Source: Blastocladiella emersonii ATCC 22665
Lineage: Eukaryota > Fungi > Blastocladiomycota
DNA length: 64,000 nucleotides
Reading direction: 5' to 3'
Assembly: GCA_025594325.1 (NCBI GenBank)
Contig: JANHCV010000012.1
Location: forward strand, 1,116,001 to 1,180,000
Shown piece after piece: positions 45,103 through 56,369 of the stretch; position 1 is the stretch's first letter; each line of letters begins with the position of its first letter. The position numbers were made by a program, and so were the translations under genes. Below the pieces are notes generated by a model. It was given only the letters and a program-made list of their open reading frames with translations, did no database searches and was not told the DNA's origin.

Positions 45103-47334
45103 ATGGATCGCCCAACGTTTGCAACTGGCCGCGGTCCGCGGCCAACACCGACCGCATCACCGGCCCCGATCACGACTTCCACCGCGCCTTCGGCGGTGTC
45201 TGCCTCGACGAGTGCATCGACGGCATGGACCACCGCTACCACGTCGGGCAGCAGTAGCAGTATTAGCGCAGTCGTGTCGACGAGCGCGAGTGCATCCGCA
45301 TCCGTCATCTCGGCGCGGCTCGAGACGCCGGCGACGACGTCGCTCGTGCTGTCCAAGGCCGGCGCCCCCGCGACGCCCGGCGTCCTCGACGTCTCGGAGC
45401 CGCCTGCACCTGTCCCCGCGCCAACACCGACCTCCTCCTCTCAGACGGTGACGGTGAGCTCGACGTCGGTCGCATGGCCGGCACTATCGACCGAGCCCGC
45501 CACGACGAGCGTGGCCACAGAGAACACGCCGGCCGACGCCGCCGCCAGCAGCTCGTCGCTCGTGGTGATCCAGCGCGTGGCGACGGCGTGGTACGCCATC
45601 AGCACCGCCGTGATCGCCATCGCGCTGTGGGTGCTGATCAAGCGGATCCGGCTTCCGGCCGAGGTCAAGCGCGTATGGTGGGCGCAGCTCGCCCTCATCG
45701 TGGCGGCGACGGCCTCCAACACGCTGCAGCTCGTGTACACGCTGCTGCCCGACGGCGACTACGTGACGAGCGTGGCGTGGTCGGTGGTCGATTTCTCAGA
45801 CTACGTGCTGTACGCGCTCGTGCTCGACCTGGCCGTGTACCTCGGGCTCAAGCGGGTGCAGGCGGCGCTGCCGCCGGCGTGGGCGCACTGGACCATCTGC
45901 TGGAGCGCGCTGCTCGGGATCCTGGTCATGACGCTGGCGCTCGTCTTCAGTGTCGCCGTGTACTACGCGCCGGCGGCGCTGTGCCCGCGGCTCGCCGCGG
46001 ACGCCGACGCCGATGCCGCGGCCCCCTGCTCGCTCGTGTACCTCGCCGTCGCGCAGAGCGTGTTCCTCGCGGCGGACCTGACGCTGTGCATCCTGTACGT
46101 GGCGTCATGGCGGCGGTTCGCGCGGCTCGTCGGGCTCAAGACGACGTCGCTCGCGGTGCCCGGCCGCCTGATCGTCGCCGCGTTCACGGCGAGCGCGGCC
46201 ATGCAGCTGTTCCTGCTCATCTCCGCCTTCTCGCCGTCGCCGTGGGAGGGGTCGCGCATCGTCTGGCTCGCACACACCACGCTGCTCGTCGGCACCAGCA
46301 CCCTGCTCACGCACCAGCTCGCGACCGCGCTCGACCCGACGGCGATCAAGGAGCCCGACGCCAGCGCGACCGCAGCGCTCGCGGCTGCCGGGCTGCCGTA
46401 CAACGCCTCGGCGGACGCGGCGACGGTCGTCGACGTCGACAAGCTGACGTGCCCGCAGCTCGTGTGGCACGAGCTCGTGCAGTGCTTTGGCGGGCCGTGC
46501 TGCTGCATCGCCGCGTGCCGCCCGCGCTCCATTGACGACGCGAACCGCCACGTCGATGCGCCGCCCACGGCCGCGCCGCCCACGGCCGCGCCTCCGCCCG
46601 CCTGGCTCGATCCGCAACAGCAGCTGCCCATGTCCCCCGTCGCCGCCCAACCGCAGCACCTCCTCGGCGCGCCGCTCATGTACGTGCAAGCGCCGCTGCT
46701 CCCGCCACCGGCGCGCGACGCGGGCGGGCTCGAGAGCGGCGGGAGCGCGGCCACGATGCTGACGCCGCCGAGCGAGCCGGCCGACATGCTGCAGTGGGGC
46801 GCCGCGCACTCGGGCGACCTGCTCGCGCCCCCACTCGCGCCGGCTGCCGAACCGCGGTCTCTCGCAACACCGTCCCCCTTCCTCGACAGCACCCAGAGCC
46901 CCGTCGTCGCGCCGTCGGTCCTGTCGAGCCAGGGCGGGCGCAAGTCGCCGAGCACGCGGTCGAACCTGCGTCTCGGCGCCTTTGCGCTGTCGCTGTCCCT
47001 CCCGCGGCGCACGACGAGCCCGCGCACGCCGCCCGTCGAGATCCCGCTTGCGTTCACGAGTCTCGACCGCGGTCAGGCGACGCTTACGGCCGTGGCCTCC
47101 GAGACGACGGCGGACGCGGACGAGTCGGTGCGCAGCCGCAGCATCGAGATCTCGGACGACGAGGACGACGTCAACAGTCCGCGGGCGCGGAACCGCGCGC
47201 TCGCGACGCCCGCTGTCCCGCCAAAAAAGAGCCGCGCGGCGAGCACAGTCGCGTCCATCGACTCGGACAGCATGGACGGCGATGATGAGGACAGCTGGGC
47301 GACGCGCGCGGTGCTTCCACAGCCGCGACCGTGA
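45103..47334 (+). CDS. Orphan 7TM protein family F copy F1, with a Ser/Thr/Ala-rich N-terminus and Pro-rich tail
   Basis: Seven hydrophobic segments paralogous to F2/F3 (RI(R/K)LP, SNTLQL, R(V/I)QAALPPAWA, SWRR). Likely start MDRPTF at 45103; the ORF is open from 44833. Confidence 0.75.
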   Translation: MDRPTFATGRGPRPTPTASPAPITTSTAPSAVSASTSASTAWTTATTSGSSSSISAVVSTSASASASVISARLETPATTSLVLSKAGAPATPGVLDVSEPPAPVPAPTPTSSSQTVTVSSTSVAWPALSTEPATTSVATENTPADAAASSSSLVVIQRVATAWYAISTAVIAIALWVLIKRIRLPAEVKRVWWAQLALIVAATASNTLQLVYTLLPDGDYVTSVAWSVVDFSDYVLYALVLDLAVYLGLKRVQAALPPAWAHWTICWSALLGILVMTLALVFSVAVYYAPAALCPRLAADADADAAAPCSLVYLAVAQSVFLAADLTLCILYVASWRRFARLVGLKTTSLAVPGRLIVAAFTASAAMQLFLLISAFSPSPWEGSRIVWLAHTTLLVGTSTLLTHQLATALDPTAIKEPDASATAALAAAGLPYNASADAATVVDVDKLTCPQLVWHELVQCFGGPCCCIAACRPRSIDDANRHVDAPPTAAPPTAAPPPAWLDPQQQLPMSPVAAQPQHLLGAPLMYVQAPLLPPPARDAGGLESGGSAATMLTPPSEPADMLQWGAAHSGDLLAPPLAPAAEPRSLATPSPFLDSTQSPVVAPSVLSSQGGRKSPSTRSNLRLGAFALSLSLPRRTTSPRTPPVEIPLAFTSLDRGQATLTAVASETTADADESVRSRSIEISDDEDDVNSPRARNRALATPAVPPKKSRAASTVASIDSDSMDGDDEDSWATRAVLPQPRP

Positions 47335-47699
47335 CCGTGATGGCGAGCGTGATCCCCCTCCTACCCCAATCAATAGAATCTTACACTCACGCTTCGAGGG
47401 AGCAAAGGGCAGGGACGGCCGACGATCCACGCGCCCGAAACAACGTGCCCGGCGCGCGGTCCAGGCTCTCGGCGGAAATTGCCGCATGCACGAGCCCCTG
47501 AATGTGGGTGACGGCCCGAAACCTAAATCATGCAACGCGTAGTCGAACGGGTGCGCTTGTGCGGGGACACGGGCGGGCGGGACGGGAGGGTGGTCGGCGG
47601 CGGTCGGCGAGCGGGGAGGGGCAGCGACCTCCGCTCTCCTCGCTCTCCCCAAGCCCTTCACGAAAGCACCACCTAGACTAGCCCGAATCCCATGCAACC

Positions 47700-49181
47700 A
47701 TGTCCAGCGACCCCATGAAACCCGACCCCGCCACCCTCCGCGCGGCGCCGGGCCTGCTCGCCGCCGCCATCGCCGTGTACGGCGCGTCGCTCGCGCTCGC
47801 GGCGTACCTCGCCTGCCGCGTGCTGCCGCGGATCCGGCTGCCGCGCAGCCTGTCGCGGGTCGCCAAGGCGCAGTGGCTGCTCGTCTCCCTGAGCGTGCTG
47901 TCCAACACGATCCAGCTGGTGTGCCACGCGTTCCCGCAGGACGACGTCGGCGGCGCCTTCAACGGGTGGTGGTTCGCGCTCGGCATCGTCGACAACGCCG
48001 TCTACGCCACCATGCTCAACCTGTACATCTACCTGGCCCTGTGGCGCATCCAGGCCGCGCTGCCGCCCGCCTGGGCCCACGCCACCAACTCGTGGCTGAC
48101 GCTGGCTGCCATGGTCGGCCTGTTTGCCCTCATGATGCTGTCGCTCGCGGGGTACTACCTACCCGCGGCCCTGTGCATCTCGGGGACGCGCGGCGCGATG
48201 CCGGACCCGGACGTGTGCACGTACAGCTACCTGATGTCGGCCGAGATCCTGTTCACGGCGTGCGACCTGTCGCTCGCGCTGCTGTACATCTACTCGTGGC
48301 GCCGCCACGCGCGCATGCTGATGCTCCCGCAGCACGCCATGCACCGCGGCGTCGGGCTCGTCGTCCTCGCGTTTTTGGGGTCGGCGGCCACGATGGGCCT
48401 CCTCATGACCTACGCATTCACGCCCGTCGACCAGGACCCCTTCTTCGCCGGCCCGCGCATCCTCTGGATGGTCCACACCGCGATCATGATCGCCGCGTCC
48501 GCGAAGCTCACGCGGCAGCTCGCGGACGCGCTCACGTTCAACAAGGGGATCATCTCGCGCTCGTTCGACGATACGCCCGTCCCGACCACCACGCTCTCGT
48601 CCATTGACGACCACGCCGACCTCGGCCACCGCCCGCGCTCCGACAGCGCCGCGGCGCTCGCTGCCGCCAACGGGAACGCAAGAATCAACGCGGTCGAGCC
48701 GCCGCCACCCACCTCGTCTGCGTACCCCGCCGACTCGTGGGCCGCGTACCCGGCCTCCGCGCCGCCGCCGCGCCCGTGCTGGTTCAAGCGGCTCCGCGGC
48801 TCCGGCACCTCGCGCTACGGCGGCGGCGGTGCTGGTTCCGCGACCCCGCGCTCGCTCGCGACCCCGCTGTTCGCCAGCGGCCCGCTGCCCTCGCAGCGCG
48901 GGTCGTACTCGACCACGCCGTCGCCGCGCAGCGGGTCCGCGAGTCTCGCGCTGTACTCCCCCGCCATCGAGATGGATTCGGGGATCGGTGGTGGGCGGAA
49001 GAGCGCGGACTCGTGGGTCGCACCCGGGCGCGGAAGCGGCGGGGGTGGCGGCGGCGGGTACGCGTCGTCCGAGGATACCGCGAGCATCGAGATCTCGAGC
49101 GACGAGGACGAGGAGTACGGGCACGGGCATCAACTGCACTCGAGTCACCGACGCGGGGGTGGGAGTGGAAGCGGGTGGTGA
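47700..49181 (+). CDS. Orphan 7TM protein family F copy F2
   Basis: Intronless 493-aa ORF with 7 predicted TMs, a Cys pair in ECL2 (LCISG...DVC) and a low-complexity tail ending SIEISSDEDEE. Confidence 0.8.
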   Translation: MSSDPMKPDPATLRAAPGLLAAAIAVYGASLALAAYLACRVLPRIRLPRSLSRVAKAQWLLVSLSVLSNTIQLVCHAFPQDDVGGAFNGWWFALGIVDNAVYATMLNLYIYLALWRIQAALPPAWAHATNSWLTLAAMVGLFALMMLSLAGYYLPAALCISGTRGAMPDPDVCTYSYLMSAEILFTACDLSLALLYIYSWRRHARMLMLPQHAMHRGVGLVVLAFLGSAATMGLLMTYAFTPVDQDPFFAGPRILWMVHTAIMIAASAKLTRQLADALTFNKGIISRSFDDTPVPTTTLSSIDDHADLGHRPRSDSAAALAAANGNARINAVEPPPPTSSAYPADSWAAYPASAPPPRPCWFKRLRGSGTSRYGGGGAGSATPRSLATPLFASGPLPSQRGSYSTTPSPRSGSASLALYSPAIEMDSGIGGGRKSADSWVAPGRGSGGGGGGGYASSEDTASIEISSDEDEEYGHGHQLHSSHRRGGGSGSGW

Positions 49182-49254
49182 CCACCGTCGCTGTCGTTGG
49201 CTGAGCGAGCGCGGGAGTGATACCACGGGCACCGTTATCCATCTGGAAGTGTGA

Positions 49255-50579
49255 TTATATAGAGCTTTTCTTGCAATCAATCAACCGCTCGCGGATCACG
49301 TCCGCTGCAAAGTCCCACGGCCTGGACTTTCGCGGCGCGAAAGCGTACAGAGACACCTCATCTGCCGCGGGAAGAATGCTCAAGCACCTTGTCCCAGCTT
49401 TGCACGGCGCCGCGCGTCCTTGACACTCGCACCACCCCTCGTCGTCAACACCGTCGACCAGCTCCGCCCACATATCGTCCGCAACAATCCCAACGCGGAC
49501 CATGGCCTCGAGCAGCTCCAGATTGCCATCCGCAAGCACACGCGGGACAAGCGCTCGGGCAGCCTCAGCGCGTTCCCCCCGGCGCACACTCGACCGTCGC
49601 GTAGTACCCCTCGACGAGCCCCATGACGAGCGTCCGACTATTCTCCCACTCGTACCGGGGCGCACACGCCTTGAGCACGCGCAGGTCCTTGTCGACCCAC
49701 CCGCGCCCACGAAGCCACTCGAGCGTCTGCACCATGTGGGTCAGGACGTCGTCGCCGACATACTCCCGGTCGCGTCCGTGCTCTAGGATCGTCAAGCGGT
49801 CGCACCACGCCTGCTCAGCGTACCGCGCCACATCGACCGGGTACGGCGGCTGCGTGAGGATGGCGAGCGCGCGCACGTCCCACTCTACGAGCGCGAGGAT
49901 CGCGAGGTACGCCGGGAACGTGATGTGGTGTGCGGGATCGGGACGTAGCAGAGAAGCGTGGCATGCAGCCGCTCGTCAAGCTGGATGCGGGTCCAGTGCT
50001 GGAGCGGGCGTTTGAGGTCGAGGATGGACGGGTCCGCGGAGACGAGGGCCGCGAGGAGCGAGTGCATGCAGGTGACGTCGCCAGAGTACAGGAAGAAGAT
50101 GGCGAGGAGCAGGCCGCACGGAACCAGCGTGAACCGCACGGGCGACGCGACCACGTCGTGGTCTGCTGCAAGGTACGCGTTCAGCTGCGCGGCGAAGGGG
50201 CCGCCAGTGGAAGCCGAGTGACGAGCGGCGCGGGTGACGTGCGCAGCGAAGCGGTTGTTGAACGGATGCGCCAGAACGCAAGCAGTACCGCCACGGGGAG
50301 ACTGGTCGCAGTTGAGCCGCCCCGCGAACATGCTCCCCATGTACACGGACAGCGGGTTGCGATCCGCTCTGAAGCACGGCGGCTCGAAGCACAGGATAAA
50401 TGCAGGTGCGAGAGAGGCCGCCTTGCTGCGGATGGCCAAGCGGATCCAGCAGGTGTGTACGCGAGTGGCGCGGGCCGTCTGCGCGAGCTCGACCGAGGTC
50501 GCGGCGAGCATAGAGCGGGGTCGAGTAACTAGGCTGAGTACATCCTCCAGAAGCTGTTGCGGCAAGTTGTCTAGTACAT
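49255..50579 (-). pseudogene. F-box-like type B pseudogene (B2)
   Basis: The start is frameshifted (ATG TA CTA GAC AAC TTG CCG), with further shifts near 49945 and 49570 and an internal deletion before SRPWDFAADVIRERL. Otherwise colinear with B1/B3. Confidence 0.75.
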
Positions 50580-50734
50580 GGTCATTGTCTGCGGTGTGGA
50601 TGAGAGCGAGGGCGGATCAGAGTGGATCAGGCCCCGAAAGACGCGTGTGGCGCAACGCGCTCTCCCGCCGTCCTCTCCCGTCAACAACGAAGCACGCCCA
50701 AGGACGCCGACATGCCGTTATAATTCTTTTAAGA

Positions 50735-52530
50735 TCAGGTCCGAGCCGGATACCGCTCGCGGATCAGCTTGGCCGCAACGTGCCACGGCTTCGACCCGCT
50801 CATCGCGCGCGGGTGGACACGGACCTCGCCGAGGACGTGATGCGCGTACGGTGAGTTGGCCCGCTGGTCGAGGAAGTCGAGGTGCTGCAGGTACGCGTTC
50901 ACGTCCTTGTCGGCGAGGAATGCGAGCGTCGGTTCCATGGTGCGCTCGTCGTTGAGGGCAAACGAGAGCAGGTACGCGAGGGAAAGCGTCATGGAATTGA
51001 CCTTGTCGGGCTCGGTGGGCCATGGCATCGACGCGACGTGCATGAGGAGGTCGAGAGCCGAGGGACGTTCAACGCCGCGTTCGTGAAGCAGGTTGAACGC
51101 GGGGAGAAGCGCCCCCGAGTCGGTGGCGGATTCGAGCATCTCGTAGGTGATGAAGCGTAGCGAGGACGACAGTGAAGATGCCGCGCCCGCAAGACGAAGC
51201 AAATGGGCGGTCTTGGACCGCGTGCGGGTGCCATCGAGCATCGCTACACAGCACGGGTCGCGTCAGCTCCGCATCCACCAGGTTCGGGCGAGGAGGCGAT
51301 CGTACCGCTGGTGAGCACCGTGTCCCACTCCTGTACCGCGCCGGGCGTGAGCGCGATCTCACCGAGGCGTTCTCGCCACACGTCGTCGTCATCGTCTCCA
51401 AGTTCACTCAGCAGCGCCGCCCACATGTCGTCCGAGACGAACCCGACGCGCACCGCGGCCGCGAGAAGTTCGAGATCGTGGCCCTCGAGGTGCTGCGGGA
51501 CCATCGAGTCCGCGACCAGCACGCGCTTCTCGGGATCGCCCCGCGGGATCGTCGCGTAGTACCCGTGCACGAGCGCCTTGACGAGCGGATGGACGTCCCA
51601 GTACGCGCACGCCTGAATCACCAGCAGGCCCGTATCGACCCACCCGCGCCCGCGCAGCCACTCGAGCCCGCATGTCAAGCGGGCCAGTGCGGCCTCGGGC
51701 TCGTCATGGCCACCCGAGCGCGCCATGATGGTCGAGTGGTCGCACCACGCCTGCTGGACGCACTGCGCCACGTCGACCGAGTACGGCGGCTGCACGAGCA
51801 CGTCGAGCGCGGATACGTCCCACTCGATGAGCGCAAGGATCGCAAGGTACGCGAGGAACGTGACGTGGTGCGCGGAGTTGTCGGCGGGCGGCGAGTTGAC
51901 GAGCAGCGTGACGTGTACCCGCTCGTCAATGTGGATACGCGTCCAGTGGGCGAGCGGCCGTTTCAGCGTGAGAACGGTTGGGTCTGCCGCAATGAGCGCG
52001 TCGAGCAGCGACTGCATCCGCGCGTGGTCGCCGGTGTACAGAAAGAAGATGGCGAGGAGCAGGCCGCACGGTAAAAGGGTGAACCGCACGGGCGACGCGA
52101 CCACGTCGTGCGTCGCCGCGAGGTACGCGTCGAGCTGCGCGGCGAGCGGGTTACCGCTCAAATCCGAGTGACGCGCGGCGCGGACAACGTGCTCGGTGAA
52201 CACATCGCTGAATGGGTGCACCAGTCCAAGCGCGGGACCAAACTGGACCGAGTGGTCGTAGTAGAGGCGCCCCGCGAACAGGCTGCTGATGAACACGGAC
52301 ACCGGGTTGCGGAACGCCGTGACCCACTGCGGCTCGTACGCGGACCGAAGACTGGGCACCAGCGCGACCGTCTTGCGGCGTATGACGCGGTGGGTCCAGC
52401 GTGTGCACACGCGGGCGGTACGGGCGGCCTGCGCGAGCTCGCCCGTGCTCACGGCAAAAAACGCAAGGGGCTCCGCGACGAGGCTCAGTACATCCCCGAT
52501 CAGCTGTTGCGGCAAGTCATTGAGCTTCAT
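50735..52530 (-). CDS. F-box-like protein type B, copy B3 (exons 52530-51306, 51243-50735)
   Basis: Starts MKLNDLPQQLIGDVL. Phase-1 intron 51244-51305 (GTACGA...GCTGAC...GTAG) joins ORFs 51244-52638 and 50735-51241 in frame. Confidence 0.8.
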
Positions 52531-53289
52531 GGGATTCATTAGGCGAGGGTTTGAGTGCGGATCGCGGCGGCGGCGTGTGGCGGTTTGGCGTCCCTCGGCC
52601 GTGTCGCGTGAGCGGCGCAACGCGGTCGCTGGGCACACTCGCGTCCCTCCGCCCGCCTTGAGCAGCGCCCCAGTCCCGAGGTCGCGGCCAAGGGGCGAAA
52701 TGACTCAGCGTCGGGAGGAGTGAGCATGTTGCTCGGCGCATGGGTACGATTAGCAAGGCGGCCGGTGAACTGCTGTCGCATCAAAAGGATATTGTGTGCG
52801 TGCGAATTGAGCAATCAAGATATGCAATTACTATCATCATTGAGACGTGAAGAGATCAGGGATCGTTCGCGATGACGAAGTAGCCCGAGGAGGTGGATCT
52901 CGGACGCTATGTGCAAGAGAAAGCGGTGCGACGCGGCCACGGAACGTAGCCTTCCGCGGAAGAGGTTTCCGATGACGGCGGCGACACGTTGCATCAAGTT
53001 GGACGTTTCATGGTAGCCAACTGATACCAGGGTGGAAGCGAAGCGTTCGAGTCGCCTGTGTGGCGTAACGAACGAGGCGCTCAACCGCATCTCGTGAGTG
53101 GCGCGGCGCCCCGTTGCCATCACTCGCTCAGCCCACGGATCGGTGAGGAGAACGAATCATATTTTTTACTGTTTGCAACGTCAAGGACAAATCGTGTGTG
53201 GAGAGGCAAGGACAAATCGTGTGTGGAGAGGGAGGAGAGCGACCTGTTACTACAAGGGGTTGCTTCAAGTAGCGCGGTGCAGGACGTCA

Positions 53290-53650
53290 ATCGTGTGCAT
53301 GAGGGCGGTTCACGGCGGATCGCGACCTTGGCGGCTCGGATGGACTGGGATCATGGCCGTGGTCAGCTCGAGCGTGCCAGCGTCCCAGGTCTTCTTGAGC
53401 GGCTGATCAAGCGGTGTGAGCTTGCAAAGCCAAGTGACGCAGTCACCAATCAACGCCATGGTGGGCGCCATGAGCGCCTCGTCGTTAAGTGCGATACATA
53501 AGACTTGGGACAATTGCATGTCCCAGTAAATCCGACCGCGTTCGCGCCGCCGATCAAGCAGGAGCCGTAGCAAATCAAGCGGCGCAAAGGGCACGGCAGC
53601 TGGTCAAGGGGGCCTTCAACCAGGCGTTGGACCACCTTGATCAAGCGGCC
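53290..53650 (-). pseudogene. 3' remnant (exon 2) of a type A F-box-like gene
   Basis: GRLIKVV...FAPLDLLRLLL...QVLCIALNDEALMAPTMA...IPVHPSRQGRDPP aligns with exon 2 of A1/A2, with frameshifts. Confidence 0.7.
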
Positions 53651-54237
53651 ATTATGACATTTTCACCTGACGTCAATATTCAGAGCCGCAGTCGAAATGA
53701 ACACTAACTCGAGGTCGTAGCATCTGATCAACGGAAGCGATCATGAAACGGATCATGGCCAGCATGTGCAGCCACGAAAGTTCCAACTACCGAGTGCGTG
53801 CGTGTGTGCCATGCGTGCCTCGTCGATGAGCCCTCTCGCCTCCAACTTGGACGCACGCGTCGTCGTAAGTTCGAGCACCTGCATGAACGTCCAACCCTCT
53901 CGTCCAAGGCGGAAGCGGCAAGCCGCAGGTTAAGAAGCACCATGCGCTGCATCCGGAATGGGGACGCCGCGATTCCTGCCAAGACTTCGGAGCTCCGTCC
54001 TCGCCGCAACCAAGCGCGTGCGCGATTTGTTTCATCCTGCACCCGGAGCCAATGAGCGGCGCGAGGTTGGACACCTGAAACTTCGGGTTTCCAGTTTCCA
54101 GAATGAAGGATCGGGTGCGGTGGGGAGCGAGGTTTGGGAGTAGGTTGCTGCGCTCGCCTGGGCTCAGCTCGCGCTCCCGCTTTTGATGCGATGTACCCCA
54201 CCATCACATGTAAATCTCTATGTAAGCTCATGCAACC

Positions 54238-55611
54238 ATGTCCTCGGCCAGCACTCAAACCGACCCCGTCGCGCTCCGCTTGTCGCCGTCTTATCTATCT
54301 GCCGCCATTGTCGTCTACGCAGCGTCAATAGCGCAGGTGGCATACCTGTCCTACGCCGTCCTACCACGCATCAAACTGCCGCGCAGCCTCTCTCGCGTAA
54401 CCTACGCGCAGTGGGCGCTGGTCTGGCTAAGCGGCGCGTCCAACACGCTCCAGTTCCTGTGCCACATATTTCCGCGGATCGACGTCAGTGACGACTTCAA
54501 TGCGTGGTGGCTCGCCGTCAATACCGCAGACTACTTCATGCTGGCGACGATGATGGGCCTGTACCTCTACCTCGCCCTGTGGCGCATCCAGGCCGCGTTG
54601 CCGCCAGCTTGGGCCCGAACTTTGAACGGTTGGGTGGCTCTGGCCGCCATGGTCGGCGTGTTCGCGCTGCTGATGCTCTCGCTTGTGGGCTACTATCTGC
54701 CCGCAGCGCTCTGCATCCCGGCCACTCGTGGCGCCGTACCGGACCAAAACGTGTGCACGTACGCGTACCTGGCCGCCGCCGAAATCATCTTCATGGCCTG
54801 CGACCTCGTACTCGCTCTGCTCTACGTGTACTCTTGGCGCCGTCACGCTCGCGTATTTGGCAGCGCCGCGTCTCCCATGCATCGCGGCGTCGGGCTGGTT
54901 ATTTTTGCCTTCGTCGTGTCGGCCGCCACCATGGTGCTTCTCATGATCGGCGCGTTTATTGGCGACCGCAACGTGGGCGTGTTCCCCGCCCCGCGTATTC
55001 CGTGGATGCTTCATGCCGTCATCCTGGCCGGCGCTTCGGCCAAGCTCACTGAACAGCTCGCGGCCGCGGTCGAGCATAACAAGAGCGCACTCGTGTCGTG
55101 GCCGGTTGAAAACGATCCCGCAGCAAGCATTCTGCCGGTTGACGACGCTGGTAACCGCTCGCGTCCGAATACCACAGCAACCCCTACTATCTCCGCTTGG
55201 AACGCCAGAGTACACGTCAACCGACCACTCTCGCTGCAAACCAGGTCGCTGTCAAGTCTCTCATTTCCGCCGCCACGCAACGCCGCCGCTCCCGCTGCGG
55301 CGAGCTACAGACGCAACTCGGCCACTCTCAAGCGAGACAGTCGAGCCACCTTGTTCCTGGTTCGTGAAAGCGCTGATGTACGTGGCGACAGAAACACTCC
55401 GCACGATGGCGGTTACGCGTCTCCTGACAGCATCGAGATGTCGAGCGACGAGGACGAGGCGTGCACGCAGACCCGAGGCGAATCGAGACGCCGCCGCAGC
55501 GGCAGCAGGCGGTGGCCGTTGTCGGCTCCGCTGCCTCCGTCGTCACTGGCGGCCGAGCAGCCGATTGGTGCAAACAAAGGCGGTAGTGTGGACGCAGTGT
55601 GTTGTACATAA
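54238..55611 (+). CDS. Orphan 7TM protein family F copy F3
   Basis: Intronless 457-aa ORF closely similar to F2 across TM1-TM7; the tail carries SIEMSSDEDE. Confidence 0.8.
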   Translation: MSSASTQTDPVALRLSPSYLSAAIVVYAASIAQVAYLSYAVLPRIKLPRSLSRVTYAQWALVWLSGASNTLQFLCHIFPRIDVSDDFNAWWLAVNTADYFMLATMMGLYLYLALWRIQAALPPAWARTLNGWVALAAMVGVFALLMLSLVGYYLPAALCIPATRGAVPDQNVCTYAYLAAAEIIFMACDLVLALLYVYSWRRHARVFGSAASPMHRGVGLVIFAFVVSAATMVLLMIGAFIGDRNVGVFPAPRIPWMLHAVILAGASAKLTEQLAAAVEHNKSALVSWPVENDPAASILPVDDAGNRSRPNTTATPTISAWNARVHVNRPLSLQTRSLSSLSFPPPRNAAAPAAASYRRNSATLKRDSRATLFLVRESADVRGDRNTPHDGGYASPDSIEMSSDEDEACTQTRGESRRRRSGSRRWPLSAPLPPSSLAAEQPIGANKGGSVDAVCCT

Positions 55612-56369
55612 ATTGTTCGTGACGGGCTGAAGCATGATCATCGCCGCGGACGAGAGTCATAATGGTACCCGCAGCCTCAATGAGAATCGCACGCGTTAAC
55701 TTGAGTTGCATGCAGTACTCGAGTTCGGTAGCTTGCCTTCGGCAGTCTCAGAAGGTTCGGCAGTCATAGGAGAACGCCGACAACGCGACCTCGATGCTTC
55801 ATACTAGGCGCTGCACAGCGAGGACTCGGACACAATCAACATCCCAAACCAGCTCCAAGCGCCCCAAAGGGTGCAACACACCACATGCGCTGTTTCCGGG
55901 CGAGATGTGCCTTGACTCAAGTAATCGGATGGCAAGGAAGCAGGGATGTCGCATCGGCGAACGCGGCGACGCCCGGCGCGACAGAGCATATAGGCAGCAT
56001 TTCACGGGAGGCTCCCTCCAGACTGAGTCTAGGTATCCATTGACACTTTGCATCAACTCATATGCTCCATGACATCCAACCGATCAAGGGGCGGAGGGGG
56101 AAAGGCGAGATTGACTCGCCTGTGGCGTCGAGCAGTCGCTCAGCCGCATCGCATGAGTGGCGCGGCGCGTCCCGCTCGCATTTTCGGCTCACCAAGGCGT
56201 TTTGACGCTAAAACAACGCATTTTGGACTTGAAAATCAAATTCAAACACAAGAGAGAAGGTTAAAACAACAGCGCTTGAGACAAAGCGTGCGGTTACCGC
56301 TTGGACTTGGCAGCACGATGGAGCGCGGAAACTTGCGCGACAGGATGGCTCCGCGCCGGTCACTTGGTC

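Noticed and set aside
45963-47697. Long antisense ORFs over F1 (46105-47697, 45963-47057)
   Set aside because: Typical stop-poor antisense frames of GC-rich coding DNA.
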